Source of the DNA: Patescibacteria group bacterium
GTDB lineage: Bacteria; Patescibacteriota; Minisyncoccia; Phycocordibacterales; JAKFXT01
Direction: 5' to 3'
DNA length: 42,279 nt
Assembly: GCA_038062065.1 (NCBI GenBank)
Contig: JBBTXX010000010.1
Location: 1-42,279 of the forward strand
Shown: positions 23,986 through 32,772 of the stretch, one piece after another
How positions within the stretch are numbered: the stretch's first letter is position 1
Layout: each line of letters starts with the position of its first letter
Translations under genes and position numbers: made by a program
The notes under the pieces: model-generated
Told to the model about the DNA's origin: nothing
What the model saw: the letters and a program-made list of their open reading frames with translations, nothing else
Database searches by the model: none

Positions 23986-24577
23986 GCATCCAAGCAGTAA
24001 ACATGTGATTCAGCATCAAATGTACATCTTCTACTGGGCCATACTCTCCCTTCTCTGTTTTTACCACTATGGAAACATTGCAAATATCTTTTAGTGAACC
24101 TCCGTCAAAACCAAGTAGACCCAAAACCTTGCCTCCTCGTCTACGGACCCATTCGGCCGCCTTAACTACATTTGGGGAACTACCGCTGGCAGAGATGACC
24201 ATGAGAATATCTCCATCGCGATATTGGACTTCCAGTTGCTTGGTGAAGACTTGGTCGTAGCCAAAATCATTGCCAGCAGCGGTTATAGCGGATACATCAG
24301 TCAGAGGGTAAGTTCGGAATGGCATAGTGTGGTCCTGGCCCTTAAACATAGAAAAGCAAAAATCTGTGCCTATATGGGAAGCCGTAGAAGCGGAGCCGCC
24401 GTTACCGGCAGTAAAAACTGTTTTTCCAAGGTGCCTAGCTTCTTCAAGTGCCTCCATAAAAGATTGCACTTGGTTTTGATCAAGTTCTTTGTAGAGCCCG
24501 CCTACATAGGAAAAATAAGACTTAAAAAAATCACCGATGGACGCACTGTCTTTGCGCATTTTTTCAATATTGTTCAT
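23960..24577 (-). CDS. SIS-domain sugar-phosphate isomerase (GmhA-like)
   Basis: 205 aa. It has the TAGNGGSASTASHIGTDF motif seen in phosphoheptose isomerases and the single-SIS-domain size. Confidence 0.8.
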   Translation of the reverse strand: MNNIEKMRKDSASIGDFFKSYFSYVGGLYKELDQNQVQSFMEALEEARHLGKTVFTAGNGGSASTASHIGTDFCFSMFKGQDHTMPFRTYPLTDVSAITAAGNDFGYDQVFTKQLEVQYRDGDILMVISASGSSPNVVKAAEWVRRRGGKVLGLLGFDGGSLKDICNVSIVVKTEKGEYGPVEDVHLMLNHMFTAWMHGTFSDGK

Positions 24578-24588
24578 AGTTTTTTTGC

Positions 24589-25632
24589 TTAGAATTTATC
24601 TGGATTCGGAATATTATATTTCTCTCTCCAATTCTGGTCCGCGTAGTATATACGATACACCAGCTTCATAGTTTCCAATGCGTCCGCACTGGTACCGAAA
24701 CATACCGGGGCTCCGCCCATGGCATCCGCGAATTCTTCTATTTCTTTTTTCCAAGAATTATCCTCCAAATACTTTATAGTTTTTGACTCCAGAGTTCCCT
24801 TATCTGAATCGCTACGTTTACCTACGGTAAGGATCTCCTCTCCATAGCTTCTAGAGCTACTCAAAATACCGGAAAGTTTCAGATACCCTTCCGTCAAATA
24901 AATATGTAGCCAAAAAGAATGCTCCCAGAGAGTCCCACTGGAATGGATAGAAGCAACTCTTCCCTTATCGTCCTTCATGATGGCAAAGGCGTTTTCCTCT
25001 ACGTCATGTTCCCAGAAATCGTCGGAAACAAAACTGCGGACTTCTTTAAACTCTCCGCAAAATAAACGCATAAGGTCTAGCATGTGAATTCCCTGATCAA
25101 GTAATATGCCGCCGCCAGCGAACTTACGCTGCGAGCGCCAAGCACTGAGTTTGGGATCAACGATTCTACCTTTACCATAAACTCCTTCCATATTAATTAT
25201 GCCCCCAAGCTCTCCGGAGCGGATAATACGCATAGCGTCTTGTATGGAATCGTGGTAGCGGTGATTAAATCCGTATTTGAGAACTGCTTTTGGGTTAGCT
25301 TTCTCTGCGGCCATCACATTCCGAACGTCTTCTACCGAGCGACCGGGTGGTTTTTCACAAAAAACATGAATACCGCGATTCAGGCCCTCGATTGTAATTG
25401 CGGGGGCCACGTAGTTAGGAACGGATACAAAAATTGCGTCCAAATCCTTTTCTTCTTTGAGAAGTTGTGTGTGGTCACGATAGAAGCGTACTCCATCAAC
25501 TTCGGATTTTTCATCTTTGAATGACGTGTCGGAAACAGCCACGGTTTTGAGACCCGGATGGGTATCAATAAACTGCCGGCGGCGCTTGCCTATCACACCG
25601 TATCCTATAATTCCGATTTTCTTCTGACTCAT
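24589..25632 (-). CDS. Gfo/Idh/MocA-family NAD(P)-dependent oxidoreductase
   Basis: It has an N-terminal Rossmann motif (KIGIIGYGVIGKRR) and the EKP motif (FCEKPPG). I set the start at the ATG at 25632, downstream of the preceding stop. Confidence 0.85.
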   Translation of the reverse strand: MSQKKIGIIGYGVIGKRRRQFIDTHPGLKTVAVSDTSFKDEKSEVDGVRFYRDHTQLLKEEKDLDAIFVSVPNYVAPAITIEGLNRGIHVFCEKPPGRSVEDVRNVMAAEKANPKAVLKYGFNHRYHDSIQDAMRIIRSGELGGIINMEGVYGKGRIVDPKLSAWRSQRKFAGGGILLDQGIHMLDLMRLFCGEFKEVRSFVSDDFWEHDVEENAFAIMKDDKGRVASIHSSGTLWEHSFWLHIYLTEGYLKLSGILSSSRSYGEEILTVGKRSDSDKGTLESKTIKYLEDNSWKKEIEEFADAMGGAPVCFGTSADALETMKLVYRIYYADQNWREKYNIPNPDKF

Positions 25633-25639
25633 AATTTTT

Positions 25640-26572
25640 CTATTTGGAAGCAAAATATTCTTTTAGATGCAGAATCGCTGCCATGCCCATGGATATAACC
25701 GCCTCCTTGGAATTACCTCCAATATGGGGGGTGCAAATCAGATTGTCGAGAGCAAGTAATTCTTTATCTTTCGGAGGCTCTTCATCGTAAACGTCTACGG
25801 CTGCACCGGCAATACGTTCTGTTTTTAGAGCATCCTTCAGATCTGCATAGTTTACGAGTGGGCCGCGAGCAGTGTTAATTATGTACGCATCGCTTCGCAC
25901 CAATTTAAGCGTATCTTTATTAATCATGCGCTCGGTATCAGAAGTAAGTGGTACGTGCAGACTAATAAAATCTGACTTAGCAAGAAGCTCTTCTTTGCTC
26001 ACTTCTGTAACCCCCTCCGCAACATAATAGTCACGCTGGTCAATAACATCATTTACCAAAATTTTACAGTGGAAAGGTTTTAGGAGGCATATTAGTTCTT
26101 TACCAACGTGCCCTACCCCGATAATACCTACCGTACGGCCGCTTAACTGGGCCCCGCCGTCTTTTTCCCATGTTCCATTCTTTAGCCGAACAGATGTCTG
26201 AAAAAGATTCCTGGATAGCCCAATCATAAAACAAAGCGCCATCTCCGCGACCGAAAGTTTGTTGGTACCGCCCGTCCAGCCGACGGCAATATTTCTCTCT
26301 TTACATGCCCCTAGGTCTAAATTGTTGAGTCCAACTCCGTATTTAGAGACGATTTTAAGATTCGGACATTTATCTAAAACTTTACCGTCTACTTCTTCAA
26401 GAGCGACGATGGTACCTTCTGCGTCACCGATAAACTCGGAAATGGCTTCGCCTATAAGTTTCTTTTCCGGGTTAAAACGCACATCCACAAAATGCTTTTG
26501 GAGCTCTTTGACGAGCTCCGGGTTTTGGGAAAATGTTCTGGAAACTACCGCAATCTTATTTTGGATTGGCAT
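25640..26572 (-). CDS. D-isomer-specific 2-hydroxyacid dehydrogenase (PGDH/GDH-like)
   Basis: It has GRTVGIIGVGHVGKE (GxGxxG), NTARG and TPHIGG motifs. Confidence 0.85.
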   Translation of the reverse strand: MPIQNKIAVVSRTFSQNPELVKELQKHFVDVRFNPEKKLIGEAISEFIGDAEGTIVALEEVDGKVLDKCPNLKIVSKYGVGLNNLDLGACKERNIAVGWTGGTNKLSVAEMALCFMIGLSRNLFQTSVRLKNGTWEKDGGAQLSGRTVGIIGVGHVGKELICLLKPFHCKILVNDVIDQRDYYVAEGVTEVSKEELLAKSDFISLHVPLTSDTERMINKDTLKLVRSDAYIINTARGPLVNYADLKDALKTERIAGAAVDVYDEEPPKDKELLALDNLICTPHIGGNSKEAVISMGMAAILHLKEYFASK

Positions 26573-27335
26573 AGGTTTTAACCATAGAGTCGTCTTTCAT
26601 TCTATCTGCAACGAAGTCCAAATCTGCTTTTGTATCTACCGACCAGATGGGGGTTTTGACAGTGTAGGTTGCAATGCGCTTGCCATTTTGAAGCGCGCGT
26701 AGCATGTCCGTAGATTCCACAATCTCCAAAGGTGTTTGTTCCATCTTTAAAAACTCGAAAAGAAAATCGCGACGGAAAAGATGTATACCGAGAGTCTTAA
26801 GATACGGCACCGGCTTGTCGTATTTACCAGTATCAAAAGGGATGCAGGCGCGAGAATAATAAAGCATATTGCCTTTGAGATCGGTCACCACCTTAAGCAC
26901 GTCCGGAATTTCTAGGTCTCGATTATGGAAAATTGGCGACACCAGGTTCATAAGATCAATAGACTTGTCTGCCACCATTACCTTGATGGACTCTTCCAGC
27001 ATTTCTTTGGTCACCATTGGCTCATCCCCCTGCATCTGCATAATAATGTCTACCCTCTCGCCGGTTTCTTTCTCAATATTTTGAATGGCTTCCGCAGTTC
27101 TATCCATAGCGCGTTCATGCTTATCCGAAGTCATAATCACCTTGGCGCCAATGGATTCCCCATACTCCTTAATTTCCTTATCACATGTCGCAATATAGAC
27201 ATCATCCAGAAGTCCACAAATTCGGGTCCGGAAATAACAGTGACCAACAATGGGTATGCCTAAAATCGGAATAAGCGCCTTACCAGGAAGGCGACTGGAA
27301 CCCATACGAGCCGGAACAATGCCTACTATTTTCAT
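26556..27335 (-). CDS. KdsB-like CMP-sugar(-acid) cytidylyltransferase (CTP_transf_3 type)
   Basis: IVPARMGSSRLPGKAL, MQGDEPMV, YYSRACIPF, LGIHLFRRDF and VDTKADLDFV are collinear with E. coli KdsB motifs. Confidence 0.85.
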   Translation of the reverse strand: MKIVGIVPARMGSSRLPGKALIPILGIPIVGHCYFRTRICGLLDDVYIATCDKEIKEYGESIGAKVIMTSDKHERAMDRTAEAIQNIEKETGERVDIIMQMQGDEPMVTKEMLEESIKVMVADKSIDLMNLVSPIFHNRDLEIPDVLKVVTDLKGNMLYYSRACIPFDTGKYDKPVPYLKTLGIHLFRRDFLFEFLKMEQTPLEIVESTDMLRALQNGKRIATYTVKTPIWSVDTKADLDFVADRMKDDSMVKTYANPK

Positions 27336-28564
27336 AATGCGAGATTGTTATACCACGAGACATATTGCCCAGCTATACGTTCAAGACTGAAATGCTCCAG
27401 TACCCGCTCGTAGCCCGCCTTACCGAGAGCTTCAGCTTTTTGTGGGTTTTTGAGCAGGTCTAGCGTCTTAGCCGCAATTTCTTCTGGATGCAGTGGGTTG
27501 ACTATATATCCGGTCACACCATCTATAACTATCTCCGGGGTGCCCCCGTAACAGGTGCCGATAACTGGCTTTTGGGCAGCCATAGCCTCTATATTTACCC
27601 TACCGAATGCGTCTAAATAAATTGATGGCATCAGCACAACATCTGATACTCCGTAGGCAAGCTTAATTTCTTCACGATTGAGCCAGCCAGTGAAAACAAG
27701 ATTGTTTTCTATTTTTAGTTCTTTGGCATAAGCCTGCATAGCCTGCGCGTATTCGTCCACACTCCCAGCTATGAGGAGAACGGTACTGGGTACTTCCCTA
27801 ACTATAGAAACTAAAGCTTCTATGGCCTTAGCCCCACCCTTAGCCGCGCTTAACCGCCCGCTAAACAGAAGCATTTTTTTATCAACCAAATTATACTTTT
27901 CTTTAAAACGCTCCCCGGAAACCAAGTCGGGTTGCCACTGACTAGTATCAATCCCGTTATAAATGACTTCTACATTACCAATTCCGTTTTTATTAAGTGC
28001 ATCTTTGAGCGCATTGCTAATGGCGATGACTTTGTCCGCATACCTTAAGTAATACCTAATTATAAAGTTACGGAAAGGGTTCCAACGTTTACCTACTCGT
28101 TTTAAACCATCGAACCAGCCCATCCGAGTATTCAGGTTCTTTAAATACTCATTCGTCTCCAGTTTTCCGTAAGAAAAAGCCATCGTGTCGCGCGCGGTAA
28201 AAATAACCGTTTTAGCGTACTGCTTTGCAATTTTTAAGGAGCGGTAGGAAAGATATAAATGTATGTTGTTTGCATGTACCACATCTGGTTTAATCTTTTT
28301 GAGCAAAACTTCTACCTGCCTCACAACGGGACGATTATTAAGACTGGAGTAGGATCTAAAGCGAGAATCGTAGTTAGTGGCAATTTTGAAAATTTTCAAC
28401 CCGTCGTATTGCGACTCTCCTGCCTCTTCCTTTTTTCTACAAGTAGTTATGATTAACACTTCGTGGCCGGCTTTTTGGATACTCTTGGCTAGCTCGTAGG
28501 TAGAAATACCTGCACCACCAAAACTTGTCGGCGGGAAATCATCAGAAAGAAATACAATTTTCAT
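27332..28564 (-). CDS. GT4-family (GT-B) glycosyltransferase
   Basis: It has MKIVFLSDDFPPTSFGGAGI.. and a C-terminal EAMAAQKPVIGT..GG.PE.V motif. Confidence 0.88.
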   Translation of the reverse strand: MKIVFLSDDFPPTSFGGAGISTYELAKSIQKAGHEVLIITTCRKKEEAGESQYDGLKIFKIATNYDSRFRSYSSLNNRPVVRQVEVLLKKIKPDVVHANNIHLYLSYRSLKIAKQYAKTVIFTARDTMAFSYGKLETNEYLKNLNTRMGWFDGLKRVGKRWNPFRNFIIRYYLRYADKVIAISNALKDALNKNGIGNVEVIYNGIDTSQWQPDLVSGERFKEKYNLVDKKMLLFSGRLSAAKGGAKAIEALVSIVREVPSTVLLIAGSVDEYAQAMQAYAKELKIENNLVFTGWLNREEIKLAYGVSDVVLMPSIYLDAFGRVNIEAMAAQKPVIGTCYGGTPEIVIDGVTGYIVNPLHPEEIAAKTLDLLKNPQKAEALGKAGYERVLEHFSLERIAGQYVSWYNNLAL

Positions 28565-28574
28565 TAGAGTATCT

Positions 28575-29216
28575 TTATAACTTTTTCAGCCATACCCAGA
28601 GGTACTTCTGCCCTTCCCCTTCTAGTTTGAGTAATTGAAGGCGGGCGCCACCAAGAAGACGCTCCACTCCGGCCTTATTAAAAGAAGGGCCGTAATACCA
28701 GCTATCTTTGCTCACAGGGATGCCCCGAAGCTGTATCTTGGCTACACCGCCAAGCTTTAACACACGCGAAACTTCCTCTATGTTCTTGCGTATCACCTCA
28801 ATAGTCGGCATGTGCTGAAAAACTATAAAGGAGAAGACGGCCTCGACAGACTCGTCTGGTATCGGGAAGCTCATACCGTCGGTGGCCAAAAAAGTGATGT
28901 TTTGGTGCTGACCAAGACGCTTTTTTGCCTCCGAAATCATCTCTTCCGATATATCGACGCCATAGAGTTCGGCCACGTGTGGGGCGATAAACTCGGATAG
29001 ACGTCCAATACCGCAACCAATTTCCAACACCTTGGCTTTTTTTTCCTGCCCGATAGCGCCCTGTAAGATTTTGTCCTCTAAAAAATAATTCCTAACATCC
29101 CCTTCGCCAGACCGACTAAAGGCTTCCTCAGAAGCCGATACCGATTTGTCGGTAAGAATGTAGTAGCGGGCATCCTCTTTAGCGAGCGTATTCCATTTCG
29201 TCTTTGCCTCGGTCAT
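28575..29216 (-). CDS. Class I SAM-dependent methyltransferase
   Basis: It carries motif I (VLEIGCGIGRLS). I chose the start at 29216, which has an AAGGAG SD 8 nt upstream and avoids overlap with the upstream gene. Confidence 0.8.
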   Translation of the reverse strand: MTEAKTKWNTLAKEDARYYILTDKSVSASEEAFSRSGEGDVRNYFLEDKILQGAIGQEKKAKVLEIGCGIGRLSEFIAPHVAELYGVDISEEMISEAKKRLGQHQNITFLATDGMSFPIPDESVEAVFSFIVFQHMPTIEVIRKNIEEVSRVLKLGGVAKIQLRGIPVSKDSWYYGPSFNKAGVERLLGGARLQLLKLEGEGQKYLWVWLKKL

Positions 29217-29304
29217 GGTCTCACTCCTTTTGAACAAATTAAGAGTACCAATTTGTACACGCCGTAAGATGTTTTTTATAAACCTCATGCTTAGTAGTTC
29301 TCGT

Positions 29305-31071
29305 TTATCTGTTGGAAACAAGGCGGTATATATCCAGATCTCCAAATTCTGCCGTCTTCTCAAAAAAACTATATTGGTCGAGCCCCCAAGACGGGTCTTT
29401 CTTTTTGTCCCAAACTGCATATTCCACCTGGTACTTTTTTAATACATCGGAAAGCCACCGTGCGCTCGGAGTTTTGAGAGTTTCTTTGTAACCTGCAGCT
29501 ACCTCCTGAATTTTTTCATCCGGAATAGCTTCGTAAGAACCAAATAGCTCTCTGTAATGCATCCCGTAAATGTTGGCCGAAAGATAATCGCGTTCCGTAA
29601 AGAATAGTTTCTCGGACTCTTTAGCGCTAACACCTCGCAAACGATAGAAAGTAAATATAATGTCTAGCAAACGCTCTTTGGTAGAAGCCAGAGAAAACAT
29701 CCCTGCTCTGTGGTAAAACACGTTTAAGGGTGTGTATATAACAACCATGTGCGAAATCTCGTTATTTCCAAATACCACAGCTTCTTTTGTCGCGTTTTTA
29801 TTCAACCAATCTACGACCGGCCCATATTTTTGTCTCTCTATAGCCACTGCCCCGCCATCATTCGTGCCACTTTTATAAGAAGAAGCTTGTACGAACACAC
29901 CTACCCCAATGCTAGTTATAATTATCGCGCCAGCCAATACTTTATGATAATTTCTCCATACAGAATATTTCTCAAGTAGGTAAAAAACTATCAGTAGTCC
30001 GAATATGACCGCCATTGGTTTATGAAAAAACCAGTGATAGTGAGACGCTTGCAGAACCTTACCTGACAAAATCTGCTGATTCATAGTGATAAACGGAACC
30101 AAAAGAAGCGCCAAACCGAAAAAATATGTCCTCTTATTTTCACGCGGAAACCAGAACAAAAAAGCAATGAGGATGGCTACAACCGTAAACCCGACAAATA
30201 GAGGTGTGTGAGTTTCAATAATGCCATTGCGGAGCCCCACTTCTAGATAATTAGGATGTAAGGTTGCTTGGTATAAATTTAGAATATAAGAAATAGCCAC
30301 AATAAGAGCCCCGACAAATACTGTGGCCACCCCTAGCGCTTCTGGCCATTTTTTGCGAATCAAGAGCGACAAACCCAAAATCCCCCCGAAAGCAAAAAGA
30401 TATGTCCAGGAATAAAAATAATTGTAAAAATTAAGTCCCAAAAAAAGTACCGAGAGAGACCCCCATTTCCAATCTATATATTCGTCCAATTTTTCATAAA
30501 ACTTGTAAAACGCCCCGAGAAAACCAAAAAAGAAAATATATATCATGGCCGGATTTACCGGACGCGCTATGCGCAGAAAATCATCCGGACTCCGCCCGTG
30601 AAAAAGTTCTAGAAGACCGTAGCCATTCAAAACTGATTCCGCGAGCAATAGTATGGCGGCCGAAGAAAGCGCCACTAACTTGCGTCGTGATATTGAGTAG
30701 ACGAAAGCGTATATAAGAAGCGACACCAGAGCTGTAAACAGAAGTCGTGCCAAAAGAAAAGTGTCGTTGATGTTGAGACCAAACATCTGCCCTGTGTAGG
30801 CCACCACCATGGACCCTAGAGGTTGGAACAGGTAGGGGTTATCTTTGCCGTCTTTGTAATAAATCGCCCCGAAATTGGAGTGCCCATCTTGGACTTCTCT
30901 AGCCCTCGCTGACCAAGGAGAGTCCGGTAAAAGTTCTATGCCCTGATAAATACCGTCAGAGTGGTGGTCAATACGAAAATATATCTGCGGAGCAGATACG
31001 ATAATAGAAGATAGGATGGCCAGCCCCACCGCCCATTTATGCGCGACTAGAAGAACCTTAAGCCGCATCAT
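29305..31071 (-). CDS. Large polytopic membrane protein, GT-C (ArnT/PMT)-like candidate
   Basis: ~590 aa with >10 TM segments and a soluble C-terminal domain, directly downstream of a polyprenyl-phosphate GT2. The start is uncertain (31113/31071/31068). Confidence 0.6.
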   Translation of the reverse strand: MMRLKVLLVAHKWAVGLAILSSIIVSAPQIYFRIDHHSDGIYQGIELLPDSPWSARAREVQDGHSNFGAIYYKDGKDNPYLFQPLGSMVVAYTGQMFGLNINDTFLLARLLFTALVSLLIYAFVYSISRRKLVALSSAAILLLAESVLNGYGLLELFHGRSPDDFLRIARPVNPAMIYIFFFGFLGAFYKFYEKLDEYIDWKWGSLSVLFLGLNFYNYFYSWTYLFAFGGILGLSLLIRKKWPEALGVATVFVGALIVAISYILNLYQATLHPNYLEVGLRNGIIETHTPLFVGFTVVAILIAFLFWFPRENKRTYFFGLALLLVPFITMNQQILSGKVLQASHYHWFFHKPMAVIFGLLIVFYLLEKYSVWRNYHKVLAGAIIITSIGVGVFVQASSYKSGTNDGGAVAIERQKYGPVVDWLNKNATKEAVVFGNNEISHMVVIYTPLNVFYHRAGMFSLASTKERLLDIIFTFYRLRGVSAKESEKLFFTERDYLSANIYGMHYRELFGSYEAIPDEKIQEVAAGYKETLKTPSARWLSDVLKKYQVEYAVWDKKKDPSWGLDQYSFFEKTAEFGDLDIYRLVSNR

Positions 31072-32008
31072 TAAAATTAACTTTTTGGCGTACGGAATAT
31101 GTCGCCTTGCCACGAGGCTCGTGATAGATACGGATAAGTATTTCTGCCAAAATACCCATGAGAATAAATTGCACGCCCATCATAATAAGAAATATGGTGA
31201 GAAGCGGGAGTGGTGTGCGGTTGAGGTGGATGTCCAGAAACAACCGTAGGAGAATAGCGCCCGTGCCGGATAGAAACCCAAGGAAAAAAGACATGAAACC
31301 AGCCCAACCAAAAAAGTGCATGGGCTTCGAAAGATAAGTCATCAAAAATTTGGCCGTCAGCAAATCCAGAATTACCCGAAAAGTCCGGGAGATGCCATAT
31401 TTGGATTGACCAACCGTTCGCGGGCGATGATTGACTACTATCTCTTCAATTCTGGCTCCATGCCAAGCCACATATACCGGCATAAAGCGGTGCATTTCTC
31501 CATAAAAACGCACATCTTTCAAAATTTCTCGGCGAAAGGCTTTCATAGTACAGCCGTAGTCGTGAAGTCTAATACCAGTGATATAGGATATGAGCTGGTT
31601 GGCAAACATAGAAGGAAAACGACGCAAGAGATTGTCTTTTCTGTCTTTTCTCCAACCAGCCACCACATCAAAACCCTTATCTATAGACTGTAAAAATTTG
31701 GGTATATCCTTCGGGTCATTCTGTAAATCGGCGTCCATAGGTATAAGGACTTCACCCTTGGCGTGATCAAACCCGGCGGAAAGTGCCGCCGTCTGACCAT
31801 AATTTTTACTCAAAAATACCGCTCGAAAATTTTGGTTCTTCTTGGCCACACCTTCCAACTCTTCTCTACTACCATCAGTTGAGCCGTCGTCAACCGCAAT
31901 AATTTCGTACTCAAAAGCCGCCGGATCAAGTTGATCCTTAATTTCTCTTTGCAATCTCTCTATATTCCCCGCCTCATTGTATATAGGTAGGATGATGGAT
32001 AGCTTCAT
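31058..32008 (-). CDS. GT2 polyprenyl-phosphate glycosyltransferase (ArnC/GtrB/DPM1-like)
   Basis: It has LSIILPIYNEAGNI, VDDGSTDGS, PMDADLQNDP and two C-terminal TM helices. Confidence 0.88.
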   Translation of the reverse strand: MKLSIILPIYNEAGNIERLQREIKDQLDPAAFEYEIIAVDDGSTDGSREELEGVAKKNQNFRAVFLSKNYGQTAALSAGFDHAKGEVLIPMDADLQNDPKDIPKFLQSIDKGFDVVAGWRKDRKDNLLRRFPSMFANQLISYITGIRLHDYGCTMKAFRREILKDVRFYGEMHRFMPVYVAWHGARIEEIVVNHRPRTVGQSKYGISRTFRVILDLLTAKFLMTYLSKPMHFFGWAGFMSFFLGFLSGTGAILLRLFLDIHLNRTPLPLLTIFLIMMGVQFILMGILAEILIRIYHEPRGKATYSVRQKVNFNDAA

Positions 32009-32084
32009 AAATATGGCTCAGTTGCCATAGAAACATGGTTATACCACCGATTTAAAGCTTCGCCAAAGCGCGGTCTTCGCTTTC

Positions 32085-32124
32085 CTAAACATTATAACAT
32101 TATATATAATGTTATAATGTTTAG
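32085..32124. repeat. Perfect 40-nt AT-rich palindrome in the only sizeable intergenic gap of the glycan operon
   Basis: ctaaacattataacattata|tataatgttataatgtttag was verified base by base. It contains TATAAT hexamers in both orientations. Confidence 0.9.
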
Positions 32125-32156
32125 AGTTTGGAATTTCGTGAAGTGTCCCTCTGAAA

Positions 32157-32762
32157 CTATTTCTTATACCGTACCAAAATAAAGGTTGGTGATAAGATGC
32201 CGATCAGGGATTTGATACGGAAAAACTTTATGGCGTAGGGAAAGTAGCCGAATAAATCGTAACCTTTGGCCACCGCTTTGATACTTTCTTCAATCCAAAA
32301 TTGCTTGTGATCCGCATTTTGAATCTTTTTTGGTGTCCAACCCCACAATCTTACGATTACATAAAACCACCAAGCAGAATTAGGTGTGGTCAGCACGGAA
32401 AGCCCGCCCGGAGAAAGAACCCGGTTAATTTCGTTGAGAAACTTGTCCGGATCATGAAGGTGCTCAATCACTTCCGTACACCAGATTAGATCAAAGCTGT
32501 TATCATCAAACTTAAGGCCTTCTTCTACGTTATGTTTTAAAGCAGGTCCATAATGGGGATCTATATCGAGCGAGGTAACCGTGTATCCTTTTTTTTCAAG
32601 ACAAAGAGACCAGTAGCCGTCTCGACATCCGATATCCAGAGCTCTCTTGCCCGCACCACCTTCCACAAAAGAGAAGGCTATGAGTTTACCGGCGGAGTCA
32701 TGTTTTCTTTCCGCTTGACCAACGTCAATGGGAAGTTTTTTGAGAAGAGAAATAATATTCAT
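32157..32762 (-). CDS. Class I SAM-dependent methyltransferase
   Basis: It has motif I (ALDIGCRDGYW) and the post-I acidic residue (SLDID). 201 aa. Confidence 0.8.
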   Translation of the reverse strand: MNIISLLKKLPIDVGQAERKHDSAGKLIAFSFVEGGAGKRALDIGCRDGYWSLCLEKKGYTVTSLDIDPHYGPALKHNVEEGLKFDDNSFDLIWCTEVIEHLHDPDKFLNEINRVLSPGGLSVLTTPNSAWWFYVIVRLWGWTPKKIQNADHKQFWIEESIKAVAKGYDLFGYFPYAIKFFRIKSLIGILSPTFILVRYKK

Positions 32763-32772
32763 TTAATTAGCG

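Noticed and set aside
31077-31307. A 76-aa minus-strand ORF overlapping the GT2 3' end in another frame, and the longer N-terminal extensions of several ORFs (10758, 11266, 25653, 29420, 31113, 33810, 39167)
   Set aside because: The extensions overlap the 3' ends of upstream genes. Internal ATGs placed just after the upstream stop, some with a good SD (for example AAGGAG before 29216), give the conserved N-termini expected for the families.
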